Position numbers and translations under genes: made by a program. From an uncultured Bifidobacteriaceae bacterium (GTDB taxonomy: Bacteria; Bacteroidota; Bacteroidia; Chitinophagales; UBA10324): DNA of 49,366 nt. This document shows positions 20,129-30,187 of the stretch, in pieces. How positions within the stretch are numbered: the first letter of the stretch is position 1; each line of letters begins with the position of its first letter. The notes beneath the pieces were generated by a model that had not been told where the DNA came from, did not search any database, and was given only the letters and a program-made list of their open reading frames with translations. The stretch lies in assembly GCA_964424455.1 (NCBI GenBank), contig CAYRJA010000004.1:19858-69223 (forward strand), given 5' to 3'.

Positions 20129-20989
20129 ATGAATAAAACAATTTTAGTAACAGGGTCTGACGGACAAGTAGGAAACGAAATCCGGCAACTGGCAGCGAAG
20201 TATTCTCAATTCAATTTCTTATTTACAGATTATCTGCAACTAGATATAACAGACAGAAAAGCGATTGAAAATTATTTTAACGGGAAGAAAATTGATATTG
20301 TAATTAACTGTGCAGCTTATACAGCAGTTGATAAAGCGGAAACTGAAACAGATAAAGCAAGTTCAATAAACACAACTGCTGTACAGTATCTTGCTGAAAT
20401 CTGTAACACCTTTCAAATTCCTCTTATTCATATTTCAACTGATTTTGTTTTTGATGGAAAGAAAAAGTCTCTATATACAGAAGAAGATATTCCAAATCCT
20501 TTAGGTATTTATGCTTCTTCAAAACTTGAAGGAGATAAGCAAGCGCTTAGGGCAAATCCTAAAACAGTGGTGGTACGAACTTCATGGGTATATTCACCAT
20601 TCGGCAACAACTTTGTAAAAACCATGTTGAGGTTGGGAAAAGAAAAACCGGAACTTCGTGTAGTCAGCGACCAAACCGGATCACCTACTTATGCAAGAGA
20701 TTTAGCAGAGGTCTTACTCACGATAGCTGCCAAAATTGAAACTGTAAAGCAATACGGAATTTTTAATTACTCTAACAGAGGCAACATTACATGGTACGAT
20801 TTCGCAAAAGCCATTCTTGAGATAAAAGGAATAAAAACTCCTGTAACACCTATAACTACTGCAGAATTTCCAACACTGGCAAAACGCCCTTCCTACAGTA
20901 CGCTTGATTTGACAAAAATCCAAAAGGTATATGGTGTTACAGTTAAGGATTGGAGAGAAAGTTTAACGGATTGTTTACAGAAACTATAA
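20129..20989 (+). CDS. rfbD: dTDP-4-dehydrorhamnose reductase
   Basis: ILVTGSDGQVG, INCAAYTAVDKAE, HISTDFVFDG, YASSKLEG, DQTGSPTYARDLA, AKRPSYSTLD. Confidence 0.97.
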   Translation: MNKTILVTGSDGQVGNEIRQLAAKYSQFNFLFTDYLQLDITDRKAIENYFNGKKIDIVINCAAYTAVDKAETETDKASSINTTAVQYLAEICNTFQIPLIHISTDFVFDGKKKSLYTEEDIPNPLGIYASSKLEGDKQALRANPKTVVVRTSWVYSPFGNNFVKTMLRLGKEKPELRVVSDQTGSPTYARDLAEVLLTIAAKIETVKQYGIFNYSNRGNITWYDFAKAILEIKGIKTPVTPITTAEFPTLAKRPSYSTLDLTKIQKVYGVTVKDWRESLTDCLQKL

Positions 20990-20991
20990 CT

Positions 20992-21768
20992 ATGCTGGAT
21001 AAAGTAGAAATTAAAGAGCTGATTGCTATTGCAGAAGAAGCAGGAGATGCCATCATGAAGATTTATGCGCAAGAGTTTTCAGTGGAAATGAAAGAGAATA
21101 AGACCCCACTGACCGAAGCAGATAAAAAGTCAAATGAGATAATTCTTAATCGGTTGAAAGAATTATATCCTGAAATACCATTCATATCAGAGGAAACAAA
21201 AGCAACACCTTTCAGCGAAAGAAAAGGGTGGGAATTCTTCTGGCTGATTGATCCGCTTGACGGAACAAAAGAATTTATAAAGAAGAATGATGAGTTTACA
21301 GTGAACGTTGCGCTGATTCAAGGAGCAAGACCGGTTGCAGGAGTGGTATATGCACCGGCAAAAAAAATGATGTTTGCTGCACAGAAAGGAGAGGATAGTT
21401 TTAAAATTGAAAGTGGAAGGTTTATCAAACTTGAACCACAAAAGAACTATAATGAACTGTCACACCTGCGGGTGGTAGGCAGTCGTTCACACAACAGCCC
21501 CGAAACAGATGCATTTGTTAATCAACTGAAAGAAGCAGGGAAGGAGATAGAATTTATCTCAAGCGGAAGTTCACTTAAAATCTGTTTAGTGGCAGAGGGG
21601 AAAGCAGATGTATATCCCCGATTTGGTCCAACTATGGAGTGGGATACCGCAGCAGGGCAGGCAGTGTTGGAAATTGCTGGAGGAAAACTGACGGAAACAT
21701 CTTTCCTTAAACAACTTTCTTACAATAAAGAAAATTTATTGAATCCATTCTTTATTGCTTCATGGTAA
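20992..21768 (+). CDS. cysQ: 3'(2'),5'-bisphosphate nucleotidase
   Basis: TPLTEADKKS, FWLIDPLDGTKEFIKKNDEFTVNVALI, GSSLKICLVAEG, PRFGPTMEWDTAAG. ATG 20992 lies 2 nt after the rfbD stop. Confidence 0.95.
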   Translation: MLDKVEIKELIAIAEEAGDAIMKIYAQEFSVEMKENKTPLTEADKKSNEIILNRLKELYPEIPFISEETKATPFSERKGWEFFWLIDPLDGTKEFIKKNDEFTVNVALIQGARPVAGVVYAPAKKMMFAAQKGEDSFKIESGRFIKLEPQKNYNELSHLRVVGSRSHNSPETDAFVNQLKEAGKEIEFISSGSSLKICLVAEGKADVYPRFGPTMEWDTAAGQAVLEIAGGKLTETSFLKQLSYNKENLLNPFFIASW

Positions 21769-22125
21769 TCATTGATTTACCAGAGCATCAGAATAAGTCA
21801 TGATGTGCGCGATGCGTTCATGATTTACAGAGTAGAAGATTTGTTTTCCAACTCTCCGCGTATTAACTATTTGCAAGCCCCTCAATATTTTTAAATGTTG
21901 CGAAGCTACAGATTGCTCTATACGCAGCTTCACATAAAGATCTGTTACATTCACCGACCGGTTCTGATTTATCAGATTAATCATAGATTGACGCAGCGGA
22001 TGATTAACTGCACGAATAACTTTTGCAGCTTTCTTTACCAGTTCGGAGTTTACAATTGTTTGAGGTTCCTGAATGACAGATATTTCAGCATCTGTGTTGG
22101 TTAAAGTTTGCAATTCTTCGTTCAT
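21769..22125 (-). CDS. ArsR/SmtB family transcriptional regulator (no Cys)
   Basis: RAVNHPLRQSMI, VTDLYVKLRIEQSVASQHLKILR winged HTH, RRVGKQIFYSVN. Confidence 0.9.
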   Translation of the reverse strand: MNEELQTLTNTDAEISVIQEPQTIVNSELVKKAAKVIRAVNHPLRQSMINLINQNRSVNVTDLYVKLRIEQSVASQHLKILRGLQIVNTRRVGKQIFYSVNHERIAHIMTYSDALVNQ

Positions 22126-22143
22126 TTTTTGTTAATTTTTCTT

Positions 22144-22151
22144 CAAATGTA
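22144..22151 (-). promoter_or_regulatory. -7 promoter box for the ArsR gene
   Basis: Minus strand reads TACATTTG, 18 nt upstream of the ATG. Confidence 0.6.
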
Positions 22152-22365
22152 ACAGATGAAAAATTCTTTCACCTTAAAGTAAGTCACATCAGAAGCAAAC
22201 TTTATATAAAATTGGACATTAATAGAATACGACCTTCGTGCGATAGTAAGAATCTAAAGTAACGCAACCGTTATCGAATTATCCAGTCGTGAGTTGAATA
22301 ATTCAATTTAGTGTTACAATAAATATCAATCATATTTTTCTACATTACTTCCCTAAAACTTTCTA

Positions 22366-23826
22366 ATGGAAGAAAACACTTTGAATGAACATGGAATGAA
22401 GCGTTCACTCGGACTACTGGATGCTACAATGCTTGTAGCCGGTTCGATGATTGGTTCCGGAATCTTTATTGTGAGTGCAGATATGAGCCGGGTTGTTGGA
22501 AGTACAGGATGGCTGCTGTTTCTCTGGGTGCTGAGCGGAGTAATCACACTTATAGCGGCGCTCTGCTATGGCGAACTTGCGGGTATGATGCCTAAGGCAG
22601 GCGGTCAGTTTGTGTATATCGAGCGGGCTTACGGAAAATTTATTTCATTCCTTTATGGGTGGACAGTTTTTACTGTTATTCAGAGCGGATTGGTGGCCGC
22701 GGTAGCAGTAGCATTTGCAAAATTCTCTGCTGTATTTTTTCCGGTCGTAAGCCCTGATAATATTTTACTGGAGTTAGGAGTAATAAAAATTACGGCTGCT
22801 CAACTGTATGCAATAGGCAGTATTATACTGCTGACTTACATTAATAGCAGAGGAATCCAGACAGGCAAAATGATTCAAACCTTTTTTACATCAACAAAAC
22901 TGATTGCTCTTTTTGCTTTAATCATTCTTGGATTGGTTGTCGGCTTAAAAACAAATACACTTTCTGAAAACTTTACTAACCTGTGGTCTGCTGAAATGTT
23001 TGTGCAAACAGAAAGCGGATGGGAGGCGGAATCTATTACAGGTATAGCATTGATTCTTGCACTGGGAACTGCAATCATCGGTTCACTTTTTTCAAGTGAT
23101 GCATGGAACAATGTGACATTCATTGCCGGAGAAATAAAAAATCCGGAAAAGAATATTGCAAAAAGTTTATGGATGGGGACTGCTATTGTAACAGTTTTGT
23201 ATTTCCTCACTAATATTTCCTACCTCTCTTTACTTCCCTTAAAAGGTAGTCCGGATGCAACTGATGTTATAGGACAGGGAATTCAGTTTGCAGGTGGCGG
23301 AACAGACAGAGTGGGGACGGCAGCAGCTTCTATTATATTTGGTAACCCCGCTGCGTATATTATGGCAGCATTAATTATGATTTCCACTTTCGGCTGTAAC
23401 AATGGATTGATTCTTTCAGGTGCAAGGGTTTATTATGCTATGGCAAAAGAAGATTTGTTCTTCAAGCGTGCAGAGAAATTAAATAAAAATGATGTACCCG
23501 GTTTTGCACTATGGACGCAAGCAATCTGGGCAAGCTTACTCTGCCTTTCAGGAACATACAGCGACCTGCTTGACTATACCATTTTTGCAGCGCTGATTTT
23601 TTATATGATAACTATCGGAGGCATTTTTATCCTTCGCAGAAGAGAACCGGACACTTACCGCCCCTATAAAGCATTCGGCTATCCTTTGTTGCCGGTACTT
23701 TATATTCTTATAGCTCTCTCTATTTGCATCATTCTTTTGATTACAAAGACATTTAATGCAGGGAGTGGATTGGTGATAGTGCTTGCAGGAATCCCATTTT
23801 ATTTCTTAACAAAGAGGAAGAAATAG
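22366..23826 (+). CDS. APC family amino acid permease
   Basis: LGLLDATMLVAGSMIGSGIF, ELAGMMPKAGGQFVY, IAGEIKNPEKN, 12-TM pattern. Confidence 0.95.
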   Translation: MEENTLNEHGMKRSLGLLDATMLVAGSMIGSGIFIVSADMSRVVGSTGWLLFLWVLSGVITLIAALCYGELAGMMPKAGGQFVYIERAYGKFISFLYGWTVFTVIQSGLVAAVAVAFAKFSAVFFPVVSPDNILLELGVIKITAAQLYAIGSIILLTYINSRGIQTGKMIQTFFTSTKLIALFALIILGLVVGLKTNTLSENFTNLWSAEMFVQTESGWEAESITGIALILALGTAIIGSLFSSDAWNNVTFIAGEIKNPEKNIAKSLWMGTAIVTVLYFLTNISYLSLLPLKGSPDATDVIGQGIQFAGGGTDRVGTAAASIIFGNPAAYIMAALIMISTFGCNNGLILSGARVYYAMAKEDLFFKRAEKLNKNDVPGFALWTQAIWASLLCLSGTYSDLLDYTIFAALIFYMITIGGIFILRRREPDTYRPYKAFGYPLLPVLYILIALSICIILLITKTFNAGSGLVIVLAGIPFYFLTKRKK

Positions 23827-23849
23827 CGGACAATTATAGTAATTATATT

Positions 23850-23881
23850 AGTGTTACAGTAAATGTATTCACTGTAACACT
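23850..23881. terminator. Hairpin between convergent genes (probable bidirectional terminator)
   Basis: AGTGTTACAGT / ACTGTAACACT perfect 11-bp inverted repeat with a 10-nt loop. Confidence 0.6.
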
Positions 23882-23892
23882 TACTTACATAA

Positions 23893-25938
23893 CTACCATA
23901 TTCTTACTCTCAAACTATCGGGCAGGTACATTTTATCTCCCGGTTTAATATTGAATGCTTCATAGAAAGCATCTATGTCAGACATCGGACCATTTACACG
24001 CAGGAAATTTGGAGAATGAACATCCGATTTCAACTGCCGTGCAAGAGATTCAGGTCTGTAATGTCCCATCCATGAAAGAGAATAGCCGAGAAAGAATCGT
24101 TGCGATGGAGTAAGCCCATTGATGATTACATTGTTTCTGTATTGGTCAGTTTTTTTGAACGCATGATAGGCAATCACTAATCCGCCGAGGTCAGCTATAT
24201 TTTCACCGAGTGTTGCAGCGCCATTCACATGCATAGAGTCCAGTACAACATAATTATCAAACTGTTTCACCAACATATTTGCCCGCTGGGTAAAACGGGC
24301 AGAATCAGACTTTGTCCACCACGATTTCAGGTTTCCCTTTTCATCAAATTGCCTCCCCTGATCATCAAATCCATGAGTGATTTCATGTCCGATAGTGGAT
24401 GCACCGCCATAACCATAAATTACAGCATCATCAACAAGAGAATCTGCCCAGCCCGGAATGATAAATACCGCAGCAGGTAAAACAATTTCGTTGTTGCTTG
24501 GATTGTAATATGCGTTCCATGTTTGCGGTGTCATTTCCCATTCAGTTTTGTCCACCGGCTTGTAAAGTTTTGAAATCTCATAGTTGTAATGCCACAATCT
24601 TCCGTTCAGCACATTTTGCATGTAAGAACTTTTATCAATATTCATTGAAGAATAGTCTTTCCATTTTTCAGGATAACCCACCTTCTTTGTTACAGTATTT
24701 AATTTATCAATTGCCTTTTGTTTGGTAGTGTCGCTCATCCAGTCAAGTTGTTTTATTCTTTCTCTGAACGCATCGAACACATTATCCACTAATTTCTCAT
24801 AGCGCGCTTTTGTTTTAGCGGAATAATATTTCTGAATATAAAGTTGTCCAAGTGCATCGCCGAGCAAATTGCCCTCTATATCCAATATTCGTTTCCAACG
24901 CGGGCGTGGCTCTTTTGCGCCACTGAGAACAGTTCCATAGAAATGAAAATTTTCATCAGCAAAATTTTTACTCAGGTAGGGGGCGAAAGAGGAGAGGAGT
25001 GAGTAGCGTAAATAAGTTTTCCAGTCATCAAGACTTGCAGAGTTGAAAATCAAATCCATTTGTTTGTAAAACTCCGGCTGCCCAACAATCACGGTATCTA
25101 TGTTTTTGATTTGCATCTGCACCAATAAATCTTTCCAGTTGAAAGAAGGAGCTAATTTGTTTAAGCCATCCACTGTCATTTTATGGTAATTGGTATAAGG
25201 GTCGCGCAGGTATTCAATCTTACGGGATGATTGGGCAATAGAAGTTTCAAGTTTCATCATGGCAACACTGTTCTTTCCTGCTGTTACAGAATCTTCGCCT
25301 AACAACTGTAACATTCTTGAAATGTGCTTTATATATTCAGCACGGATACTTTTAAATCGGGCGCTATTGTCAAAGTAGTAATCCCGTTCAGGAAGGTTTA
25401 GTCCTCCCTGATAAAAGTGTAACACATATTTATCACTATTTCTTTCGTCTTGCATTGAAAACATACTGAACAACGGCTCAACACCAATCGTCTGATGATA
25501 TGCTATGGCAGAAAGCAAACTCTTTTTATCATGAACAGAAGCGATGCGGTCTAATTCAGACTGAAGAGGAGTGATGCCTTGCTTTTCAATTGTAACGGTA
25601 TCCATGCCGGTAAGCCAGAAGTCACCGGTTTTTTGTGTATTACTTCCCGGTGTAATGTCTTTATCAGCAGCAGACTCTTCATTGATTTTCAGGAGGCGCG
25701 AATAGGTATCTTCATTTACAAGACTCCAGATGCCCCATGAATTTTCCGAAGCAGGAATCGGATTCTTTTTTATCCATGTTCCTTCTGCGTAATTAAAGAA
25801 ATTATCACCGGGGCTTACCGTTGTATCCATGTTTTCTATTATCAAATCTTTCAGCGGGGCAGTGTTTTTATTTGCACACGATGAAATAAGAGCAACTGTA
25901 ACAAAACTGATAAGGAGTAATGAATATGAAATTTTCAT
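23893..25938 (-). CDS. M13 family (neprilysin/PepO-like) metallopeptidase, lipoprotein
   Basis: Lipobox LISSC, PGDNFFNYAEG, NAYYNPSNNEIVLPAA, GHEITHGFDDQG, TLGENIADLGG, DVHSPNFLRVNG. Confidence 0.95.
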   Translation of the reverse strand: MKISYSLLLISFVTVALISSCANKNTAPLKDLIIENMDTTVSPGDNFFNYAEGTWIKKNPIPASENSWGIWSLVNEDTYSRLLKINEESAADKDITPGSNTQKTGDFWLTGMDTVTIEKQGITPLQSELDRIASVHDKKSLLSAIAYHQTIGVEPLFSMFSMQDERNSDKYVLHFYQGGLNLPERDYYFDNSARFKSIRAEYIKHISRMLQLLGEDSVTAGKNSVAMMKLETSIAQSSRKIEYLRDPYTNYHKMTVDGLNKLAPSFNWKDLLVQMQIKNIDTVIVGQPEFYKQMDLIFNSASLDDWKTYLRYSLLSSFAPYLSKNFADENFHFYGTVLSGAKEPRPRWKRILDIEGNLLGDALGQLYIQKYYSAKTKARYEKLVDNVFDAFRERIKQLDWMSDTTKQKAIDKLNTVTKKVGYPEKWKDYSSMNIDKSSYMQNVLNGRLWHYNYEISKLYKPVDKTEWEMTPQTWNAYYNPSNNEIVLPAAVFIIPGWADSLVDDAVIYGYGGASTIGHEITHGFDDQGRQFDEKGNLKSWWTKSDSARFTQRANMLVKQFDNYVVLDSMHVNGAATLGENIADLGGLVIAYHAFKKTDQYRNNVIINGLTPSQRFFLGYSLSWMGHYRPESLARQLKSDVHSPNFLRVNGPMSDIDAFYEAFNIKPGDKMYLPDSLRVRIW

Positions 25939-26020
25939 AAGTGGTTTATTTTGACATAGTAAATCTAACAGAGAAATTTAATCTTAGCAGGAATAAGAAT
26001 AAAAGAATGTCAAATATTCT

Positions 26021-27202
26021 TTATGGCTGTTTGCTTAAAGCCAGTTTATATATATCATTCATTTGTCTGCCGATTAACTTCCATGAGAATTTATCCTCAA
26101 TAGTTTTTTTTGCATTCACTCTTATGGTTTCTATCAGAGAAGGATTCTGTAACAGTTCAACTATTTTCTCTGCAAGGTCAGCGTCGTTTTCAGACTGAAA
26201 AAGCAGTCCGTTTTCTCCATGAACGATAATCCGTTTGAAAGTATCAAGATCAGATGTAATAACAGCGCTGCCATAGTCAAGCGAGCGGGTCATTACGCTA
26301 CTTGAATAAATTTTACGATAGGGGAGAACCACGATGTCGGCGGCTTTGTAATAGTAAGGAACTAATTCATTGGGTATATAACTGAAGTTCAGAATACAAT
26401 CTTCCTCCAGATGATGCTGATGAATTATTTTCTCAAGTTCGTCGGTTTCCATTTTCCAGGGTGAGCCGGCTATGACAAGTTTTGTATCGGCAAATTTTTC
26501 TCTGACTTTTATATAGGCTTTCAGGAGTACATCCACACCTTTTACCTTTTTTATTTGACCAAAAAACAATATCAATTTCTTACCTTGTGGAAGGTTTAAT
26601 TTTTTTCTGGCTTCTGATTGTGAACAGTTGATTTGATAGATAAAATCTGTATCGCCATGTGGAACAAGATGAATTTTTTCTTTCGGAAACTGTGTAAAGT
26701 ATTTAGTGAGTGAGTCAAGTGCAAACGGTGAGTGAACAATTACATGGTCTATCCGCTTTTCAAATTTTCTGTATTTGGATTTGTTAATTCTCTTTCCAAA
26801 ATCCTCGAAACTCTCTACATCGTGAATGGTGGCGACCACCTTAAATCCATTTCTCCTGAATAGAAATAAATTCAGGAACTCGCGATTGGCAAAATGATAG
26901 ATATGGAAATGCACCAATGAACTGCCACTTCGCTTTGCGTGAGATGCCGTTCTCAGAGCACCGATTATGTAACGAATACCGCGGATAATTTTTGGAGCGC
27001 TGCCGTATATACCTCGATAAAATTTTTTTACAGTGAAACGGAAAGGATGTTTAGTATCGAGTGTAGTTTCATCACAGGTGTAAAGTGTAACATCTATTCC
27101 TTCATCTGATACTGCTTTACACAATCCGAAGTCATAAAATTCATTCCCAAGATGTCCGCCAACCGGTTCAACGATTGAAATTTTTATTTTACCGTCAATC
27201 AT
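26021..27202 (-). CDS. Glycosyltransferase family 4
   Basis: VATIHDV, ILFFGQIKKVKGVDVLL, YYKAADIVVLPY, GSAVITSD, NGLLF. Confidence 0.92.
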   Translation of the reverse strand: MIDGKIKISIVEPVGGHLGNEFYDFGLCKAVSDEGIDVTLYTCDETTLDTKHPFRFTVKKFYRGIYGSAPKIIRGIRYIIGALRTASHAKRSGSSLVHFHIYHFANREFLNLFLFRRNGFKVVATIHDVESFEDFGKRINKSKYRKFEKRIDHVIVHSPFALDSLTKYFTQFPKEKIHLVPHGDTDFIYQINCSQSEARKKLNLPQGKKLILFFGQIKKVKGVDVLLKAYIKVREKFADTKLVIAGSPWKMETDELEKIIHQHHLEEDCILNFSYIPNELVPYYYKAADIVVLPYRKIYSSSVMTRSLDYGSAVITSDLDTFKRIIVHGENGLLFQSENDADLAEKIVELLQNPSLIETIRVNAKKTIEDKFSWKLIGRQMNDIYKLALSKQP

Positions 27203-28833
27203 TTAGACAACTCTTCCAGATTTATTTTTATATAGCCGGCGCAATAGGGAGCAATGGCAACTTTATTTATAGTTGTGTTTTCTGTTACAAACTTTACTTC
27301 GGAGTAAACATTATACTTAGGGTAATCAATCGAATACCGGGTGATGCCAAAACTGGAATAGAGATTATCGCCTGAAAGAATACGCGATGTACAGGCAGAG
27401 CCGGCGGATATATTTTTCCCGTTTACAGAAAAATCTTTTAGTGTTACTTCTGTCCCTGTTTTATTTACAAAATAGAAATACAGTTCTTTATGCCCCGAAT
27501 CATAGAATGAGTATCCGGTGAAATTATTGTTTTCAAACTTTTTTGAATTTCTCATCACTTCGGTTGCTGCAATAGAGCAGTTGTTATTGAAAATGTCTTT
27601 TATCAGCAAATTGGCGTAGAAGGTACATCGGCGGATAATAGTATCACCATCCGGATCGCGATAGCTTTCTTCCTTTCTGGGTGGAGTAATAGCTGCACTG
27701 GACAGGGTTGTGCCTCCCAGATATTGATAAGTAGCAAGAGAGATGATGTTGTTATACTTTTGGTTCATGTTAATCATAAAGAAATAAAACTCATCAACAT
27801 ACAATGCCTGTAACAGTGTGTTGGCGTAGAAAAATTTTGTTTGCTTTTGTGCAATATTCCATTCGGTAATCCACATTTTTTTACTGCTTCCGAATACTCC
27901 TGAATAATAATCAATAGATTGGTCCATCAGGTTATTCATTATCAGATTAGTGGTTTTTCCGGCACAGGAAAAAACATTATCAAGACTTCCTCCCTGACTT
28001 AAGCAGGGAATGTTACAGTAAAAATGACAGACATAGGCATCAAACCATTTTTCTTTTGAAAGGGTACGGTTCCAATCATCATATACTGATTTATCGGGTA
28101 CAATATTCATATTGTCCTTTAACAGCAGGCAAGGTCCCGCTGTTACAGCTACAGGAATTCCGGGAAAATAGGCATGAACTGAATCTGCAAAAGGTTTACA
28201 GATTTGAATGTATTCCTTAATGGTATATTGTGAGTCATCTGCTTTTTTTGAGTAATACAACTCATTACCCAACTCAACACCAAGTACCTGAATATTTTGT
28301 TTCTGCAAGAACCGGAGTTGCTCATTCATTTCATGAGGAGTACCTGAAATTACATTGGCGCAAATAATAACTGATGTGTTGTTGTACTTACACAACTGAA
28401 CTAATTCATCTATGTATCTGACCTTTTTGCTTTTCTGAAACTCATACCTTTTCAGTTTTTTAAATTCTGCATCTGCCTGAGGTCTTATGGCAGTAACCTC
28501 AGATTGGATATAGCCGTAATTATTCCTGTTCCAGTGATAAAATCTTGCAGGTACTCCACCGGGCCAGCGGAACACGGGCGGAGCCAGCTCCTTTTCATAT
28601 TTTACAAATGCAGGAGCATTCACATCTATCTCATCGAAGGTGGCATCTAAAGTAAAACCATAAAGATTTCGGTTCACGACGGGCGCATTCGGATTAGTTT
28701 TTACTGAAATCTGCAATTCAATTTCATTTTCACCGGATGTTTCCGGATCGGTTGTATGAGACTCATGAATGCATTTTGAAGAATTGAAGAGCATTAAACT
28801 GGCAATCAGCAATACGGATTTACTCAAGTACAT
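27199..28833 (-). CDS. Putative clan GH-A glycoside hydrolase (GH79/GH51/GH44-like), probable lipoprotein
   Basis: FRWPGG, ANVISGT, VELGNELY (acid/base N-E), WITEWN (nucleophile candidate), C-terminal beta-sandwich with FVNK, and a signal peptide with Cys21. Confidence 0.7.
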   Translation of the reverse strand: MYLSKSVLLIASLMLFNSSKCIHESHTTDPETSGENEIELQISVKTNPNAPVVNRNLYGFTLDATFDEIDVNAPAFVKYEKELAPPVFRWPGGVPARFYHWNRNNYGYIQSEVTAIRPQADAEFKKLKRYEFQKSKKVRYIDELVQLCKYNNTSVIICANVISGTPHEMNEQLRFLQKQNIQVLGVELGNELYYSKKADDSQYTIKEYIQICKPFADSVHAYFPGIPVAVTAGPCLLLKDNMNIVPDKSVYDDWNRTLSKEKWFDAYVCHFYCNIPCLSQGGSLDNVFSCAGKTTNLIMNNLMDQSIDYYSGVFGSSKKMWITEWNIAQKQTKFFYANTLLQALYVDEFYFFMINMNQKYNNIISLATYQYLGGTTLSSAAITPPRKEESYRDPDGDTIIRRCTFYANLLIKDIFNNNCSIAATEVMRNSKKFENNNFTGYSFYDSGHKELYFYFVNKTGTEVTLKDFSVNGKNISAGSACTSRILSGDNLYSSFGITRYSIDYPKYNVYSEVKFVTENTTINKVAIAPYCAGYIKINLEELSK

Positions 28834-30166
28834 ATTGTTTGTCTTTTTTTGTCTCTATGTAATAGTAGAAATAAATTATAGAAATAAAAAGAATAGTGAT
28901 TCCCGGTCCCGGAGTAAAAAAACTTCCGCCTGCTGTAACACCTCTCAGGTAAAAAAACAGCAGGTAGTATTTACAGGATTGAAGAAATACATCACTCCGG
29001 TACAATTCTATCTTTCTTAACCAGATGATGGAAAGAAGAAATTCAATATGAACAATCAATACGCCTAATAATCCATAGATGAAAACAGATCCCAGTAGTC
29101 CTATATCAGCGGGATAAAAATATCCCATTGAATTGGAGGGATTACCTCCCCAGCGTTCAGACCATTTGCCGTTTCCAAAAATAATTGAAGCCGGATGCTT
29201 CTGAACAAGATGAGCTGCTTTCACAAATACAAGAATGCGCGCATCTGCAGATTGTTCACCGCTTTCTTCACCTTGCAACACATCCAGCACATTGGAATAC
29301 ATTGTTCTGATGTTGGAGAGTGTCTCGGGTTTAATCACATAGAAAACACCGGCAGCAATAGTGACTGTAAAAAGAAAAATCATAGAGTAGAAAACAAACC
29401 TTTTTAAACTCAAATTAAATATCATATAGAGGAAGAGCGTTCCCGAAAGCATGATAATCAATCCTCTTTTCTGATACTCGAAAAAGATGTAACAGAAAAA
29501 AAGAAGAAAGTAAATGAGGTATTTTGCCTGTCGGGTTCTTATAAATTTGATAAAATAATAAATGGCAGAGAAAGCAATCAGGAAGATGTCAAACCTGAAA
29601 CCACATCCTCCTTTTACCTGATTGCAGAACACAAATGAAGTACCGTAATACTGAGCCGGATTAAAAATTATTGCAGCGATAATATATATACCCAACAATA
29701 TCCATGACAGGGACAAGAAGGTGTCGCGAATATTGAAGAGTGTAATCCACTTTGTTTTCAGCAGGTAGAAAATAACAAGACCAAAAATTAAATAAGCCCA
29801 TTCAAACTGAGTAGTGATGCCATAGATAATCGGCTGCCCCCAGAAAAGGAATGATACAAGTCCTGAGTAAACAGGTATGAAAAGAAATAAAAGCAGAACG
29901 AGTATGTCAAAAGAAGTCAACTTTGCTCCTTTAACCAGAAGGTCTGCCACATAAAAAAAAAGAAAGACAAAGAATAATGCAAAAAGAAGATTGGACAGAG
30001 GCCATTGTATCCAGTTGAGAGGGGAACGACCGAGAGTTCCAAACTGCAGGATGAACAGTAGTGCCAGGAAAAAGGATTTGATGAACTTATCCGTTGTCCA
30101 TTTTGGCAAACTAATATCAAACGAGGGCAGCAATGTTTCTTGTTTTTCGATAATATAATTCAGCAA
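28820..30166 (-). CDS. wzy: Wzy-type polysaccharide polymerase
   Basis: About 11-12 TM segments, with a periplasmic loop SADARILVF...SIIFGNG...ADIGLLGSVFIYGLLG of the O-antigen ligase/polymerase type. Confidence 0.75.
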   Translation of the reverse strand: MLNYIIEKQETLLPSFDISLPKWTTDKFIKSFFLALLFILQFGTLGRSPLNWIQWPLSNLLFALFFVFLFFYVADLLVKGAKLTSFDILVLLLFLFIPVYSGLVSFLFWGQPIIYGITTQFEWAYLIFGLVIFYLLKTKWITLFNIRDTFLSLSWILLGIYIIAAIIFNPAQYYGTSFVFCNQVKGGCGFRFDIFLIAFSAIYYFIKFIRTRQAKYLIYFLLFFCYIFFEYQKRGLIIMLSGTLFLYMIFNLSLKRFVFYSMIFLFTVTIAAGVFYVIKPETLSNIRTMYSNVLDVLQGEESGEQSADARILVFVKAAHLVQKHPASIIFGNGKWSERWGGNPSNSMGYFYPADIGLLGSVFIYGLLGVLIVHIEFLLSIIWLRKIELYRSDVFLQSCKYYLLFFYLRGVTAGGSFFTPGPGITILFISIIYFYYYIETKKDKQYVLE

Positions 30167-30187
30167 ATTTATTTCTTCTATTGAGAA

